50,582 bases of DNA from Neovahlkampfia damariscottae (lineage: Eukaryota), in assembly GCA_016618085.1 (NCBI GenBank), contig JABLTG010000145.1, positions 1 to 50,582 of the forward strand. The letters are read 5' to 3'. A program made the translations under genes and the position numbers. Positions 1 to 12,937 of the stretch are shown in pieces. Position 1 is the first letter of the stretch, and every line of letters starts with the position of its first letter. The notes below the pieces were generated by a model. It was not told the DNA's origin. It searched no databases and worked only from the letters and a program-made list of their open reading frames with translations.

Positions 1-2
1 AA

Positions 3-203
3 GATTATTTCAATTGTAAATATTGTAATTTTTCTCTTCCAAGAGATTATAATGGAGCAAGAAATATATTTCTGATGAATATACAAAATTTTATTGGAAA
101 TCCAAAAACTGCCAGTACTGCTGGCGACGGTCCTATCCCGAAAGAAACCTTGATTTTAATGTCTGGTCTGATTAATCAGAATGAACGGAAAAGTCAGTTT
201 TAA
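3..203 (+). CDS. C-terminal end of a Fanzor/TnpB RNA-guided endonuclease (Fanzor2/IS607-TnpB-like), 5' part outside the window
   Basis: Frame from nt 3 reads DYFNCKYCNFSLPRDYNGARNIFLMNIQNFIG...ERKSQF* (TAA 201-203). CxxC zinc-ribbon half followed by the RDxNG/AARNI RuvC-III motif typical of TnpB/Fanzor. Not in the ORF track. Confidence 0.85.
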   Translation, partial: DYFNCKYCNFSLPRDYNGARNIFLMNIQNFIGNPKTASTAGDGPIPKETLILMSGLINQNERKSQF

Positions 204-230
204 GATAGCGGAATATAATTCAAGTAACTG
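105..230 (+). ncRNA. Putative Fanzor omegaRNA: scaffold to ~210 plus downstream guide segment
   Basis: Locally GC-rich and structured: GCCAG/CTGGC hairpin at 111-125, perfect palindrome TCTGATTAATCAGA at 167-180, and CTATC (133-137) complementary to GATAG (204-208). It overlaps the nuclease 3' end, as TnpB/Fanzor omegaRNAs do. Boundaries are inferred. Confidence 0.6.
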
Positions 231-718
231 TTTGTGTAGGATTGGATATTGATTCAATAGCTTTTCAAAAAAATGTAAAATTGATAAAACAAAAAAATGG
301 ATATTTTGGTAGAATTAATTTGAATACAGGTAATATTTTTTAATATTTTTTAACGTTTTAAAAAGGTGAAAAAGAGGATTACAAATTGGATCATTTATTA
401 AAATTTGATTCAAAAAATTATTTAGATGATTATTTCACACTGGCTGAACAAGTTTTAGTTTTGAATGAAGATCAAATTAAAGAAATTCCAAATAGAATGA
501 TGAGGTAAAATATCAAAATAGTAAACATTAAAGTCATACAGGTGTATCATCCTATCATGCAATAAAAGGGAATTTTGGTCATCAAAGAACATTTGTTCCA
601 TGGGAAAAAGAAATCTCAAAAGGTGTAAAAGGTGTCAATATTGAAAAAGAACATTCTTGGATATACTTTTTGATTTAACAATCGTTGAAAAATTGAAAAT
701 AGAATTGAATTCAAAATA
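209..718 (+). pseudogene. 3' portion of a host gene (DUF1152-like) flanking the Fanzor right end
   Basis: Frame opens at 209 (RNIIQVTVCVGLDIDSIAF...GYFGRINLNTG). GT-AG introns at 330-365 and 505-533 join it to SHTGVSSYHAIKGNFGHQRT...WIYF. Stop at 676-678, or at 716-718 if one T is restored in a T run (YFFDLTIVEKLK). Family call is from memory of DUF1152 motifs. Confidence 0.45.
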
Positions 719-738
719 AAGATTCAAAAAGTATTTAT

Positions 739-3013
739 TTAACAACTACTTAAACGAATAATGAAATAATCAGAAAATTCTGGAAAAATTGTGAAAATGG
801 CAGCCAATAAAATATAGATAACATACAATGAAATTAAATATAGTCCATAGATCTTTCCAGGTGAGAATTTCAAAATTGGAAACATAATGATTGATGATAC
901 CAAAGCCAAAAGTAAAAAGAAGAATGTTAATAATACAATAGCATCAGGAACAACATCAACACATCCATATGCAAATTGTTTGACATTGAAAGTAAAAGAA
1001 ACACCAAGTGCAAATAAAGTTGTTAACATTGGTGATCCAACAATAGATCCAATAGCCATGGCAGGGAATCCTTATTTATTCATCAATTTATATTAAAAAC
1101 AAACCTTTTCTTGCAACTGTGATATTACTTACTGTATCTGAGGTTGCATTACCCCATGATAAAATAGTGATAGCTAAAAATGCATCTGGAATTCCCCATA
1201 ATAATCCAATTGTTGCTAGTGCTTCTAATAATTGATCTGCTGCTAAATAAATCCAAACTAATGATGCAACAAATTGACATGAAAGTAAAATCTATGATTG
1301 AGTATTTTAAAATCTTACTGGATGATAAAATGGTAATCTATTTTCTAAAGTTGTAAAAAAAATGAGTATTCCAATAAAATATGCAATAATAAATGGAATA
1401 ACTGAAATTGGAAAAATATCTCCAATAAGATAAAACAAGTCTAAAAATAGTATATTAATAATATTTAAGATTACATTGATAACCAATAGTAAAGTAAATT
1501 AATAAAGGAGTAAATATTGGAACCATGGATGCAAAATATTTGTTCCAATCTTCTTTAGTTGCACAAAAGATTGATAAACATCTCAATAAATCCCAAAATG
1601 CATCAACAAATATGAAATGAATTTTCCAAATAAATGGTTTTTCTTTCCAATGAAATAAATCACCAAATCTTGAACATAACATTGATATTTTACTTCTTTT
1701 TTTTTTTGGTTTAAATTCTGTATCATCTTCTTCTTCCTCTTCTTCTTTTGGTTCTGGTAGTTTAAAATGATTTCCTATAAATGATTTTTCAATCATTGAT
1801 AATTTTTCATCATCATCTAAATTATCTCTTTCTTTATAAATAAATTTCCCTGTTGTTCCATCTTTTTCAAAACTACCTCTTTCTACTTCAGATATACCTC
1901 TAGATCTTAATTCTTCTTCTTCTTCTTCTTCATTAAAATGATTTTCTTCTGAAATGAATTTATTTTCTATTAAAGATAATTTTTCGTCATTCATTTTTTC
2001 ATCTTGTTGAATTGAATCTGATTCGTCATTTTCATCTCTCCAACCTCCTAACCAATCAACAACACTAATATAACTATTTTCTTCAACTGTTTCATAAATC
2101 ATTTCTTCTTTTTTTTTTTTATAAAACCATTTATTAAATTTTTGTCGAACAAATCTTCCCATAACGACAATAAAAATATATAAAAAATAAAAAAATATTA
2201 AAAGAGCACTTTCAATATATCTAATTCTATTCAACATGAATAAAACTAAAACAAATAAAGTTGAAAAAAAGTATAAAATTGTATCTCTTAAAAATGGTCT
2301 TCTTGTTACTTTTACTTTTGAAACTAAACAAATAATACCCAAAACTACAGTTAATAAGAATAAAGCAACTCCAACTACAACACCAATACCAAAAATAGTT
2401 GATCCAGATGAAACTGCTACCATAATAGAACTCAAATCAGACGCTGAATTTCCTAAGGCTAATAAAGTCACACCAGCAACATTAGCGGGCAGTCTTAATG
2501 CCTTTGAAATGGTAGTCAAAGCAGGCACAAAATACATTGAAGCTGTGTTGCCTTTTTAAGAAAATTAATTTTTTTTTATTTTCCCAAACCCAATAAATAA
2601 AATAAGTGATAAATCCAAATACCCATTATAATATAATAAAATGGTTGTAAATAAATTTCTTGAAAATAACAATAATGAAGTTGTACATAAATTCCACACG
2701 CAGGATCATCAATTGTAAATTGACAGCGATCTGTGATGTTTTGTTGTTTTACTTCACATTTTGGTCTTCCAATTTGTGGAGTGGTAGTATTTGTTGGAAT
2801 AGTTGCATTTTCTTTTTTACTTGCAAAAATATTCTCTTTGATTGAAAGTAACTTTCTAAAAGTATTCACCGATTTAACTTTAATATTTGATGGATTATCC
2901 TTTTGAAACAAAACTACAACAAACAAAAATGTGAAAAAGAGCAACAGTTTGGTGCTGGGCGCAGAAAGCATTTTAGAATTTATTGACCAATCATCAGAGA
3001 CTATGTCTTCCAT
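739..3013 (-). CDS. Cation/Ca2+ exchanger (CCX/NCLX, SLC8B1-like), multi-exon
   Basis: Alpha-1 repeat AGVTLLALGNSASD, alpha-2 region with MAIGSIVGSPMLT, many TM helices and an acidic cytosolic loop. ORFs 2576-3013, 1455-2537 and 739-1059 are joined by short introns. Confidence 0.9.
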
Positions 3014-3137
3014 TTGATTTGGTAGAAAAATTATTATTTCTTTTTGAAGAAATGAATTTTTTTTTTAAATTCTTTTTTTTTTAATTGATTGGTCAACTGG
3101 AATCAACGATATCACAAGTGATAAAACTCATAAACAA

Positions 3138-3626
3138 ATGGAAGGAAATTTACAAGAGAGAATTGATTTTCTGTTGTATTGGACAATAATGGTAGTTGGA
3201 TGTTCAATTGAAATACCCATTGCATTGGGTTATTTGGTTATTTCTTCCATTTTCTATAATAGTTGTGAAGGAATTACAATTTATTTAATTTGTTTATCCT
3301 CTGAAATATTAATATTTAGAACTATTTTACCATTATTTATATCTCCATTAGTTTGTTGTTTTCCAAGATATTCAAGATACTTTACCTATGCTTCAAGTTG
3401 GATTTTGACAGTTCTTTCAACAGGTTTTCATATTTGGGGTTTAGTTGCCATAAATATCAATTTAGATTGTAATAGTAGTGGTGATACTTTTTCAAGATTT
3501 TTTTTTATTTCTGCTTGTTGTTTGGTGAGCATCGGATTTTTTTGGTTCATTTTTCAATTAGCTTTCACAGCATTAATTGTAATTTTCAATTCTTTCAGAC
3601 CAAAAGAGAAAAAATTAGAATTTTAA
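3138..3626 (+). CDS. Hypothetical 4-TM membrane protein
   Basis: 162-aa ORF with four hydrophobic segments and a TGATTGG motif upstream. Confidence 0.65.
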   Translation: MEGNLQERIDFLLYWTIMVVGCSIEIPIALGYLVISSIFYNSCEGITIYLICLSSEILIFRTILPLFISPLVCCFPRYSRYFTYASSWILTVLSTGFHIWGLVAININLDCNSSGDTFSRFFFISACCLVSIGFFWFIFQLAFTALIVIFNSFRPKEKKLEF

Positions 3627-3679
3627 ATTAATTTTTTTGAGCTGTTCACTTTTTATTTTTTTTTGTCCAATCAACAATC

Positions 3680-5136
3680 ATGATTACTCCAAAATTTGAA
3701 ATAGAACAAACTGATGATTTTTTGATAATTAAAATACGTACACCACATATTAAATTATCAATGATAGAATATATAATTAATGAAAAAACATTTAGATTTC
3801 ATGTCAAACCATATTTTCTTCGTTTAACTTTTGAACAAGAAATTTCAGATGAAAATACAGATAATCCAGAAAATTTAGTTTACAATTCAGAAACAGGTTC
3901 AATTGAAGTAAAATTACAAAAAAAAAATAAAGGTGAATTTTTTACTAATTTGAACATGTTAACCATGTTAATGTCAACAAAAAAAGAAGAGAAAAAAAAA
4001 CCATTAATTGAAATGATTGAAGAAGATGATGAACAAGAAGATGATACAGATGATCTTTTAAATGATGATTTTGAATTCTTTGAACAAAAAATAAATTCAT
4101 TGGATGAAATGAAAATTGAAGATGGCATTTCAATATCAAAAATAAGTTATGGATTTGATTCAAGATATAAGTAAATTAAAAATGAAAATTAAAAAAAATA
4201 AGTAATTTTTTCAATGGATATCATGGTGAAAATGTGCTTGAAATTATTGATTTAGTTGATCCAGATAAAACTCAAAAAAGTGATAGAACAAATTTACGTT
4301 TAGAAAATGAAAGTAAACAATTTTCAGGTGAATACTATATGTATCATTTCATTTTTAGAATTAACTTTTTTTTTAGTCAAGATTTTGTTTTGATTGATAA
4401 TATTCTTCCTTTGTTAAAAAAATCAAGAATTTTTAATGAAACAAAGAATTTAAAGTGGAATGATAAAGAAGAGAGAATTTTATTAAATTTACCAAAAAAG
4501 AATTGTAATAAGTATCATTCATTTAATTCTATCTTTAGTTTTGATTTCAAATCCAGGATTAGTTTATATCACTTTAGTTGATATTTTATTATCTTATTGT
4601 TATCATGGAAGGACAATGAGTGAAAATAATGTTGAATCTGCATGGACATTATCAAAATTGAGTTCAAGTTTATCCTGGTTTGAAGAATTTTCAAAAATCG
4701 AAATTTGTTTATTTTCATTTTTAAGGAGAGTTTTAACATTTCCATTATATCGAAATTTTGATCTAGGAATTGAATGCATAAAAGATGTTTCAAAAGTATT
4801 GAAATTAGGCAAGACTTTTGTTTTGAAATGTCTTTTGGATATTAAAGATATTTTTGAACATGACCAAGAAAAATATCTTTTAAACAAATTGTTTATTGAT
4901 GACTATTGTATTTGGATTCAAAAAACAAAGTAAAAATCTAAATACCAATTTATTATTTTAGTGATTCAATGCTATTCAAATTGGGTGATAAAATTGAAGA
5001 GAAATGTAAGTCAATTCAAAAGTTAGATACTGGATATAGATTAGATGTTTTAGAGAAAATTGCAATTGAATGTCAAGAAGAAGGTGCATTTGAAGAGGAT
5101 GAAGAAATGTTTGAAAGACCTAAAGAAATGGAATAA
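3680..5136 (+). CDS. SHQ1: H/ACA snoRNP assembly factor SHQ1, multi-exon
   Basis: N-terminal CS domain MITPKFEIEQTDDFLII...FHVKPYFLRL, plus YGFD, NVESAWTLSKLS, RRVLTFPLYRNFDL and YLLNKLFIDDYCIWIQ. The last exon after intron 4930-4961 ends at TAA 5134-5136. Confidence 0.93.
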
Positions 5137-5142
5137 ATGAAT

Positions 5143-8100
5143 TTATTTCTTTGATTTTCTTTTCTTCTTTTTTGATTCTATCACCACTTCTTCTTGAGAT
5201 ATTTTTACGTCTTCTGTTGAAAATATTTCTGGTGATAAATTGATTTCTTCTTCTTCTTGAATCTGTTGTATTTTTCTTTTCTTTCTCTTTCTTGGTGTCA
5301 TATCAATATCACTATTTTCATCATCTGGGATGACATTTATGTTTCTTGTTGGAATACCAAATGTCACAATATCTGTCCTCAATTTTTCCAATTCAACCTT
5401 TAATTTTTCAATTTTTGGAAAATATTTTTTTCTTATTCTTTCCAAATTGGTTTCTGACTCTGCTAAATCATTTGAATCAAATTTTTCCTGATAACTTAAT
5501 CAATTATTTTCTTACTTTTTGAGACACCGATGATTTATATCTTTCAAGTGTTTCTTTTTTCATTTTGAGATCAAGATATGTTTTTGTTTCCAATAATGGA
5601 AGTTGTCCAAATCTATTTTTAGATTCTTGTTTCTTTCCTGCGTAAACAACTCCAGTTTGTTCTAATTTATCACCATCCATTGTAACTATTGTTGGACATC
5701 TTTTTTTTTGCATCAATAATCTTTGTCTATAAGCCAAAGCATTTTCATAAGTATCAAAAACAATTGTATCACCAATTAGACTATAAAAAACATATCTAAT
5801 TTCAAATTGTTCTTTTTTTAGTTCAATTAAATTGATTGCATGTCCAAGTGCTCCTTCTTGATCATTTATATCACGAAAAGGATAAGAACCATCTTCATTC
5901 AGCTCAGATTGTTTGTTGATATTATCTAATGGCATCATGGCAAGTGCAAATTTAGATTTTGAAAAATCTTTTCTTAATCTATCAGCTGTTTCTGTATTAT
6001 CAACAACTAATGCATTAATGAATTTACCAAAAAGAGGTGCAATTGTTTTATCCAATACTTCGTCATCAATGAATCCTAAATCTGCAATGAATCCAATGAT
6101 ACCTTCATCTCTTTGTTTTAAATTATTTACTTTGTCGATTAGTTCGTCTTTTGAATAAACAGCTTTTCTTTGAGAACTTCCTTTTTCCAAATTCTTTTTT
6201 TCTACAATTTTTCTCTTCACTTTTTCGATCAATTGGTTGATTTCTTTGATTCCAATTTGTTCATTAACATGTTTGAAATGTAATTTTAATTCTCCATATT
6301 GTTCATCAATTTGTTGTTGAATTGTATCAGATTTTCTTTCATTTTCTCTATGAATTGATTCCAATTCTTCAATTTCATTTTCCATTTCTTCAATTTTGTG
6401 TTCAAGGTTTTGAATTTTATTTTGTAATTCGTTTTGTTCTTTTCTCAAATTTTCGTCATCAAAATATGTGAAGGAGAGCTCTTTTGACTGCAATCCCTCT
6501 GATTGAATGCACAAAGTATAATTTCCAACATCACTATCAGAATTTTCTTCAATGCTAATTCTATCAAAATGAATCAATCCATTTCTTATTAGAGCTGACA
6601 ACTTTCCTTCTAATTTTGGTATTTTCATTTTTTTTGATTCTGAGATTATTTTAATTTCTACATTTCCTGAATAATCTTTAATTCTATTTCCCATTTTATC
6701 CACAACGTATAATGTTACTTCATCCCATAAAGATCTTTTGTCAATATCTTCTGAAGTATTACTGACTGCTGGCAACATGAAACCATCATCGATCTCAATT
6801 GAAAAGGCATCTCCCGGTAAAACTTCAATATCCATTTTATGTTTCAAAGCTTTTTGTGTTCTCTCTTGATAATAAGCCAATGATGAAATATCCAATCTAA
6901 ATTCAACAGAATATATTCCAACTTTTGAGAATTGATAGTCTTGTGTATCTTGAATAAAATATTTTAATGTTTGAGTTTGTGAAGAAAAACTCGAATGATA
7001 AATTTTTTTAGACTTGTTTGGTTCAATAACTAACATTTGAATTGGATTTGGAGCTTTTGTTGTTGAATCATTTTCTCCAATCACTTCAATCATAATTTCA
7101 CCAAGATAAACACCTGCCTGAACAGAATATTCTGTGATTGTTCCAATTTCTTCACCAAATGCATATATCCTTAAATGATATGGATGATCACTTTTAAGAA
7201 CATTTAAAATGAATTCTGCAGACTCAATATCTTCATATTCTTTAACATTCACTTTACTTGAATATTTTCCGGCTTGTTCTGCTCTGATAAAAAATATTGG
7301 TAAAATGTGATTTCCTTCTTCATGTCTAATTTCTGGGTTGTGTTTGTCTGGTGTGAACAAAATATTTTCATTTGGGCAAAATTCAAATTGAAACCCATCA
7401 TCAATTACATTTCCATAAGCTAAAAAAATAAGTAAGAATATGGACAAACTATCATGAACTGTGCACCATAATTCAGGTGTTTTTGAAAAATTTGGAATTG
7501 AATATTCAACAACTCTATTATTATTGATCTGTAAATATTTTGCTTCTCCAGGTTCGAGTGTGAATGGAATCCTTACTTCTTTCACAATTCCTCCTTCATC
7601 TTTAATTATCATTGTATATTCTCCAACATCACCAACAAGCATTACATTTCTCCATTTAAAACCACCTTTTTGGTTTATATCTAAAATCCAGTCATCTTTA
7701 TTTTGAAACGAAATATTTTCACCATTTTCTGGAGGTAAAATTTGCAATACAGGTTTGATATCTTTGATTTGTTGATACAAGTCTGAGTGTAAATTGATGT
7801 CAATTGCATTTCCAAATTCGTCATGAACTGAAAATGACAAAGAAAACTTTGTTGCACAGGAAAATTTCTTTAAATTCTTTACATTGTTTACGAAACATAA
7901 TGGCGGACCAATGATCGAATTAATTTTCAATTTAAAGGTGAATTCATATTCAGAATTTTGAATTTTGAATTTGTGATTTAATTTTTTAGGAGTTGGTGGT
8001 AATGTTAATGCAGGAAGTTGGAAAACACCATTTTCAAATCTAATTTCATCTCCTTTGTCCCAATTAAAAGAAACATAACCAGCAAAATCAATTCTACATC

Positions 8101-11100
8101 CATTTTCATCCACTACTTCTGCTTTCCAACCGATCAATTCTGTGTACACAACAGCATCAATTTCAGCATCTTTTGAATGATTTGATTTCAAAAAATCTTT
8201 TTGTGATAAAGTTGGAAGAATTCTAATTTTTGAAATTAGAGGTTGTGATAGATTTGGATCTAGGGTAACTGTACAAGATGTTTTGACTGTTGGTTTGCAA
8301 TTGAGAGAAAATGTTAATTTCAAATCCATTGATGTTTCAATTTCATCTTTTAGCACAATATTATTTTTTGTCAATTCGGAAAATTCAAATTCGCCATCCT
8401 TCAATTTTGCAGTGAATTCTTCTTTTAAAAATTCTCCTGATGCTGTGCAAATCAATTCATCATCTAAATATAATCTATTTCCAGAACAATCAGTTGAAAT
8501 TAATTTTATGGGAGGAAGAATTTTTGATATCAAAGATGATTCAAGAAACACTAAACTCTCTTTTGTTAATTGAACTGAAGTAGGATTTCCTGCACATATT
8601 GACAATGGAATTTCTAATGTTGTGATTGTTGTGGTTCCAAAAAGCACTTCTAAATTAATTTTTTCAATTGGCTCGGATTTCATTATTTTTCCTGAACTGA
8701 TCTTTAATCCAGTCACAATCAATGCATCATTTTCCATCATAACTTGAAAGTCTTCGTTGACCTCAAAATCTTTCTTATTTACAGCAATTTTTACATCATC
8801 TAATTTGAATTTTGGTTCTACATAATTTTCATATTGGTCCATGAAATGGATAGTTAATTGTGGAATAGTGTCACCAACTTTAACTTCATCAGCTATCTCT
8901 TCTTGCAATTCTCCAAAAACAGCTGGACCAGGGTTGACTGTAATCACAAATGATTTCTCTTTGATATCTGGAATATCTGATTTGAACTTAAAAATGTATT
9001 TTCCAGCTTGAATAAATTCTGGTGGCTTCAAAGAATGAATTTTAAAACAATATCTTCCTTCTTTATATGGCTTTTCTGAATAAAGTGATGAGATTTCTTT
9101 TTGTGAATCATCATAATTATTTTGATGTAAAATTTGAAGAAGCATTCCCTGTTGTATCTTTGAAACAACTTTGTGATCACCTGAGTATACAGCTACAGTG
9201 ATATACTTCAAAATATAACCAACATCAACTGGATCAGAAGGAGGTCTTCTGAATTTTGAATCAACATCTGGCGTATCTACAATATCAATATAGGAAGGTA
9301 ATTTGTTTTTCATTTTTGAAGTTTGTTCTCTAAATTCTGATTTTGCAAGGATTTTGTCCAAAGAAGAAATTGGTTTCACCACAGGTCTTTCTTCATTTTG
9401 AGTATTCCATTCATTGATAGTGATCAAACATCCATAACTTTCTTGAGAGGTGTCTCTATAAATGTTTGCAATTTCTCCTAATAATTTTGGTTTTTTCAAG
9501 AAGACTTTATCTCCTTTCTTTACTTCCAAACCTCGAAATTTGATTTTTGAATAATAAATTTTATCAGCAGTTGATTTCAAAACTGAATCTTTTTCTTCAA
9601 AAACAATCTGCACAATATTTAGTTAAATTTTTCGAATTTTACTTCTTCATCAAATTTTGCGTGACAATCTTTTAACCATTTCTTAAATTTCATTGATAAA
9701 TTCCTGTCATCATAATTAAGCATTGCTTGAGATAAAGGTGTTTGTTTGCAAAGATACATTTTGTTTGCAGAAACTTCAAAATTGCTGTCAAGAAATAACA
9801 TTCCTTTAATTCTTCTATGACAATGATCAGGTATTTCATGGGTTTTTTTTCCTTTCATGAATGGAATTGAACTTATTTTTTCATTACTCAATAATCTTCC
9901 ATTCCAGAAACATTCAAATCCTGGATTTCTTTCACTTAAAGGAATATCATCTTCATCATTTGAGAAAGGAATAGGAAGTGTTTCTTGACCATTAACATAT
10001 GGATAATAATAAATTATTCCTTGAACTTTGCTGAAAACTCTATTTTGGGAACTTTGACTCAATTGAACAGTATCCGAACCTTTTGCTGAAACAGTAAAAT
10101 TAAATACAAAAGGATTTTTTCCAAGCTGCAAATATAAACTTTCTAAATCTTCTTCATTCTTTTTTAACGATTTTCCATCAACTTTAATATCAATTAAAGG
10201 AATATTCTCTGAATCTGAATCTGAATCTTCTATTTCCATTGAATCATTCGTAGAACTACTTTTGTTTCCTCTGATATTATTATTAGAAATAAATGTTTTA
10301 CTTTGATCCATGTATGTAATAATGGTAAATGGAAGACAAGTCACGTCTGACAAATTGAGAGTTATAGTTTTCATAATACAATGGATTCATATCTCCAATG
10401 GTAATCAAAGTGAAACTTTCAACTGATTTTTCTGATTCATTTTTTGGTGCCCTTGTGATGACATTAGTTTTCCATTTCAAATTTTTGGAATATTCTTCTT
10501 CCAATTTTTTCTGTAGAAATTAAAATTTTGAAAAATGTACTTTTGATAAAGAAACCTCATAAACCCAACGAGAGTTCTTTTCTTTTGATGTAACAGTTAC
10601 TTCTGAACCAATATTAAAAATTGCTTTTTTAGATCCAACACCATATCTTGAAAAATCACTTGTCAGATATTTTTCTACATTGGTCTTTTTTTTGACAACG
10701 TTTTTTGGTTTTATGGATTCAGTTACACCCATTGTTGCCCAAGTCTTTAATCCTTCAAAATTCATACCGATACCATTATCCCAAATGTCCAAAGTGTGAT
10801 GCTCCTACTACAATTTATTTATATTATTGACATACTAATTTATTTTTTTTTGTTGGTGCCGTGAAATTAATTTCTATTCTTCTTTCATGTTCGTTTTGAA
10901 CTGTATTTTGAACACTGTTATCAACAATTTCGGCAAGTGCTGTGGTAAAGTCATATTCATCTCCTGAATGCAGCAAAATATTTATATGAGGTATTATGCT
11001 GACCTCATTGTCAATGTTACCAGAAATTTCTTCATTTTGATTAAAAAAAACGAAAGTTTCTTGATTATTCATATCTTCTTTAGTTATCTCTTTGTCCAAA

Positions 11101-11278
11101 AGTGTTTTTATTGTTGTAATTTCCTAATTTTTAATTGAATATAATTTACATCTTCTTGAATTTGAAATGTTTTCGTAATTTGTTGTTTTAATTCATCAAT
11201 ATCAGAAGGTCTATCAACTTCTATTCGAGTACCAGTGTTTGCGTCTACTATTGATACTTTATTATTCACCTCTGACAT
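5143..11278 (-). CDS. SMCHD1: SMCHD1-like protein (UBL - GHKL ATPase - BAH-like - Ig-like repeats - coiled coil - SMC hinge), multi-exon
   Basis: GHKL motifs ALAEIVDNS, DNGIGM and GVGSKKA. SMCHD1-signature strings IYHYYIHGSKGN (across an intron), FECFWNGRLL and RIKGMLF..NFEVSANK. C-terminal hinge GIIGFIADLG...LIGDTIVFDT...TIVTMDGDKLEQTG. ATG at 11278. Confidence 0.88.
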
Positions 11279-11398
11279 GATTTGAGTTGTCTGCTAAAAA
11301 ACTGAACTGAAAATTTTTTGATTTGATGAATCTGGACCAATCATTTTCACGAAAAAAAATTTATTCACAATAAAAAAGTTGCCCACAAATACAACCCA

Positions 11399-12830
11399 TC
11401 ATCCAATTTTTTTCTCCAAAAATACAAATTCAACATCCGCAAAAGTTGAATTTTTCAATTTTGATAGCATCAAATCCAAACAATCATCAATTCCAAACTT
11501 CAGAAAGTATAAATCATTGAAGTAGCTAATATTTGAAATATTTGCATCACAACCACCAAAAAATACTAATTCATTTCTAAAATTTATAACCATTGAATGT
11601 TTTGATCTACATTTTGGTCCATCTCCATAAGTTACAACTTTTGCCCAAGACTCAGAGTTAAAATCGAATTCATAAAATTTATCCGAAGTCAATCTAAGAT
11701 GAGGATTCATTCCACCATAAACATAAAGCTTATTTTTAAATACTACACATCCCCTACTATGGTATCCTACAATTTCTTCAGGGAGTTCACCAATTATTTT
11801 CCATTCAAATGTTATCAAATTCAATTTGAAAAAATGTTTTGACAATTCTAACAAATACAAATGATTTTCAAAAACAACACAGCTATGTGAAACAACTTCC
11901 AAAATACTATCAGGAAATCCTGTAGTTTTCAATTTTTTCCAATTTAATTTCTTTAAATCATAAATGTAAATGATGTTGGGTGATAATCCTTGAGAACCAT
12001 TTAACGCGCCACCATAAATGATTAATTTATGATCATATAAACAACATTGATGGTATGATAAATGAGGTGGATTATTATTATCAAGTGTAAGATCATTCAA
12101 ATTCTCCCAATTTTTTGATACTACATAAAATTAAATAAAGATCTATTACCAAAATTGAATCGATTAAAATCACGTAAATATCCTTTTGAATTTCCAATAC
12201 CAAATGAACCACCATAAACATACATAAAATGCTCATAAACTACAGCAGTGTGACCACATCTCCCATGAATTTTTTTGTTTTCTTCTTCAACTATACTCCA
12301 TTCTTCAGTGACACAATTGTATTGATGAATATTATTGTGGAATTTTGAGCTCATTGTATTTTCAGTTCCGGATATACCTCCAAATATAAAAATTGAGTCT
12401 CCTTTTGATACTGCTGTATGTCTTCGAATTCTTGGTGGTGATTTTAAAGAAGGTGGGTTGTAAATCCAAAATCTCTTTTTGTTTTCTAGTTTATATTTTC
12501 TATTGTAAAACTTGGAAATTTCATTTTTTATCTTAATTGTGAAAAAGAAAAATTTTTTACTTCATTTTTGCTTGGGTTATGGATTAGCATAATTTTTTCC
12601 TGTTTATAGAATAAGATTACACATGGTGTTTCTGTAACATATTTTTTTACACAATTCAAATTCAAATTTTCGTTGATGAATCCAAAATGACAATAAACGT
12701 ATAATTCTGAGAGATTTAGACAAAATTCATTCAACAAAAACTCTTTTCCAATGTATACCACAACTAATTTATCTTCAATTGACAATAACTGATTGAATTC
12801 TTCTTCCTCTTCAACAATAGTTGTGTTCAT
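11399..12830 (-). CDS. Kelch-repeat protein with an N-terminal thioredoxin-like domain, multi-exon
   Basis: Repeated HT/HS..V....(Y/F)GG Kelch motifs. The N-terminal exon has a Trx-like pattern (EDKLVVVY...VTETPCVILFYK) without CxxC. It ends in FADVEF, resembling a BTB start. Confidence 0.75.
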
Positions 12831-12937
12831 CGACCAATGAAATTGATTCAAAAAATAATCGTTGAACAATGTGATTCTCCAAACTGAAAAACTTCAATTT
12901 GAATCATTTTTTTCATCCAATCAGAAAACTTTGAAAA

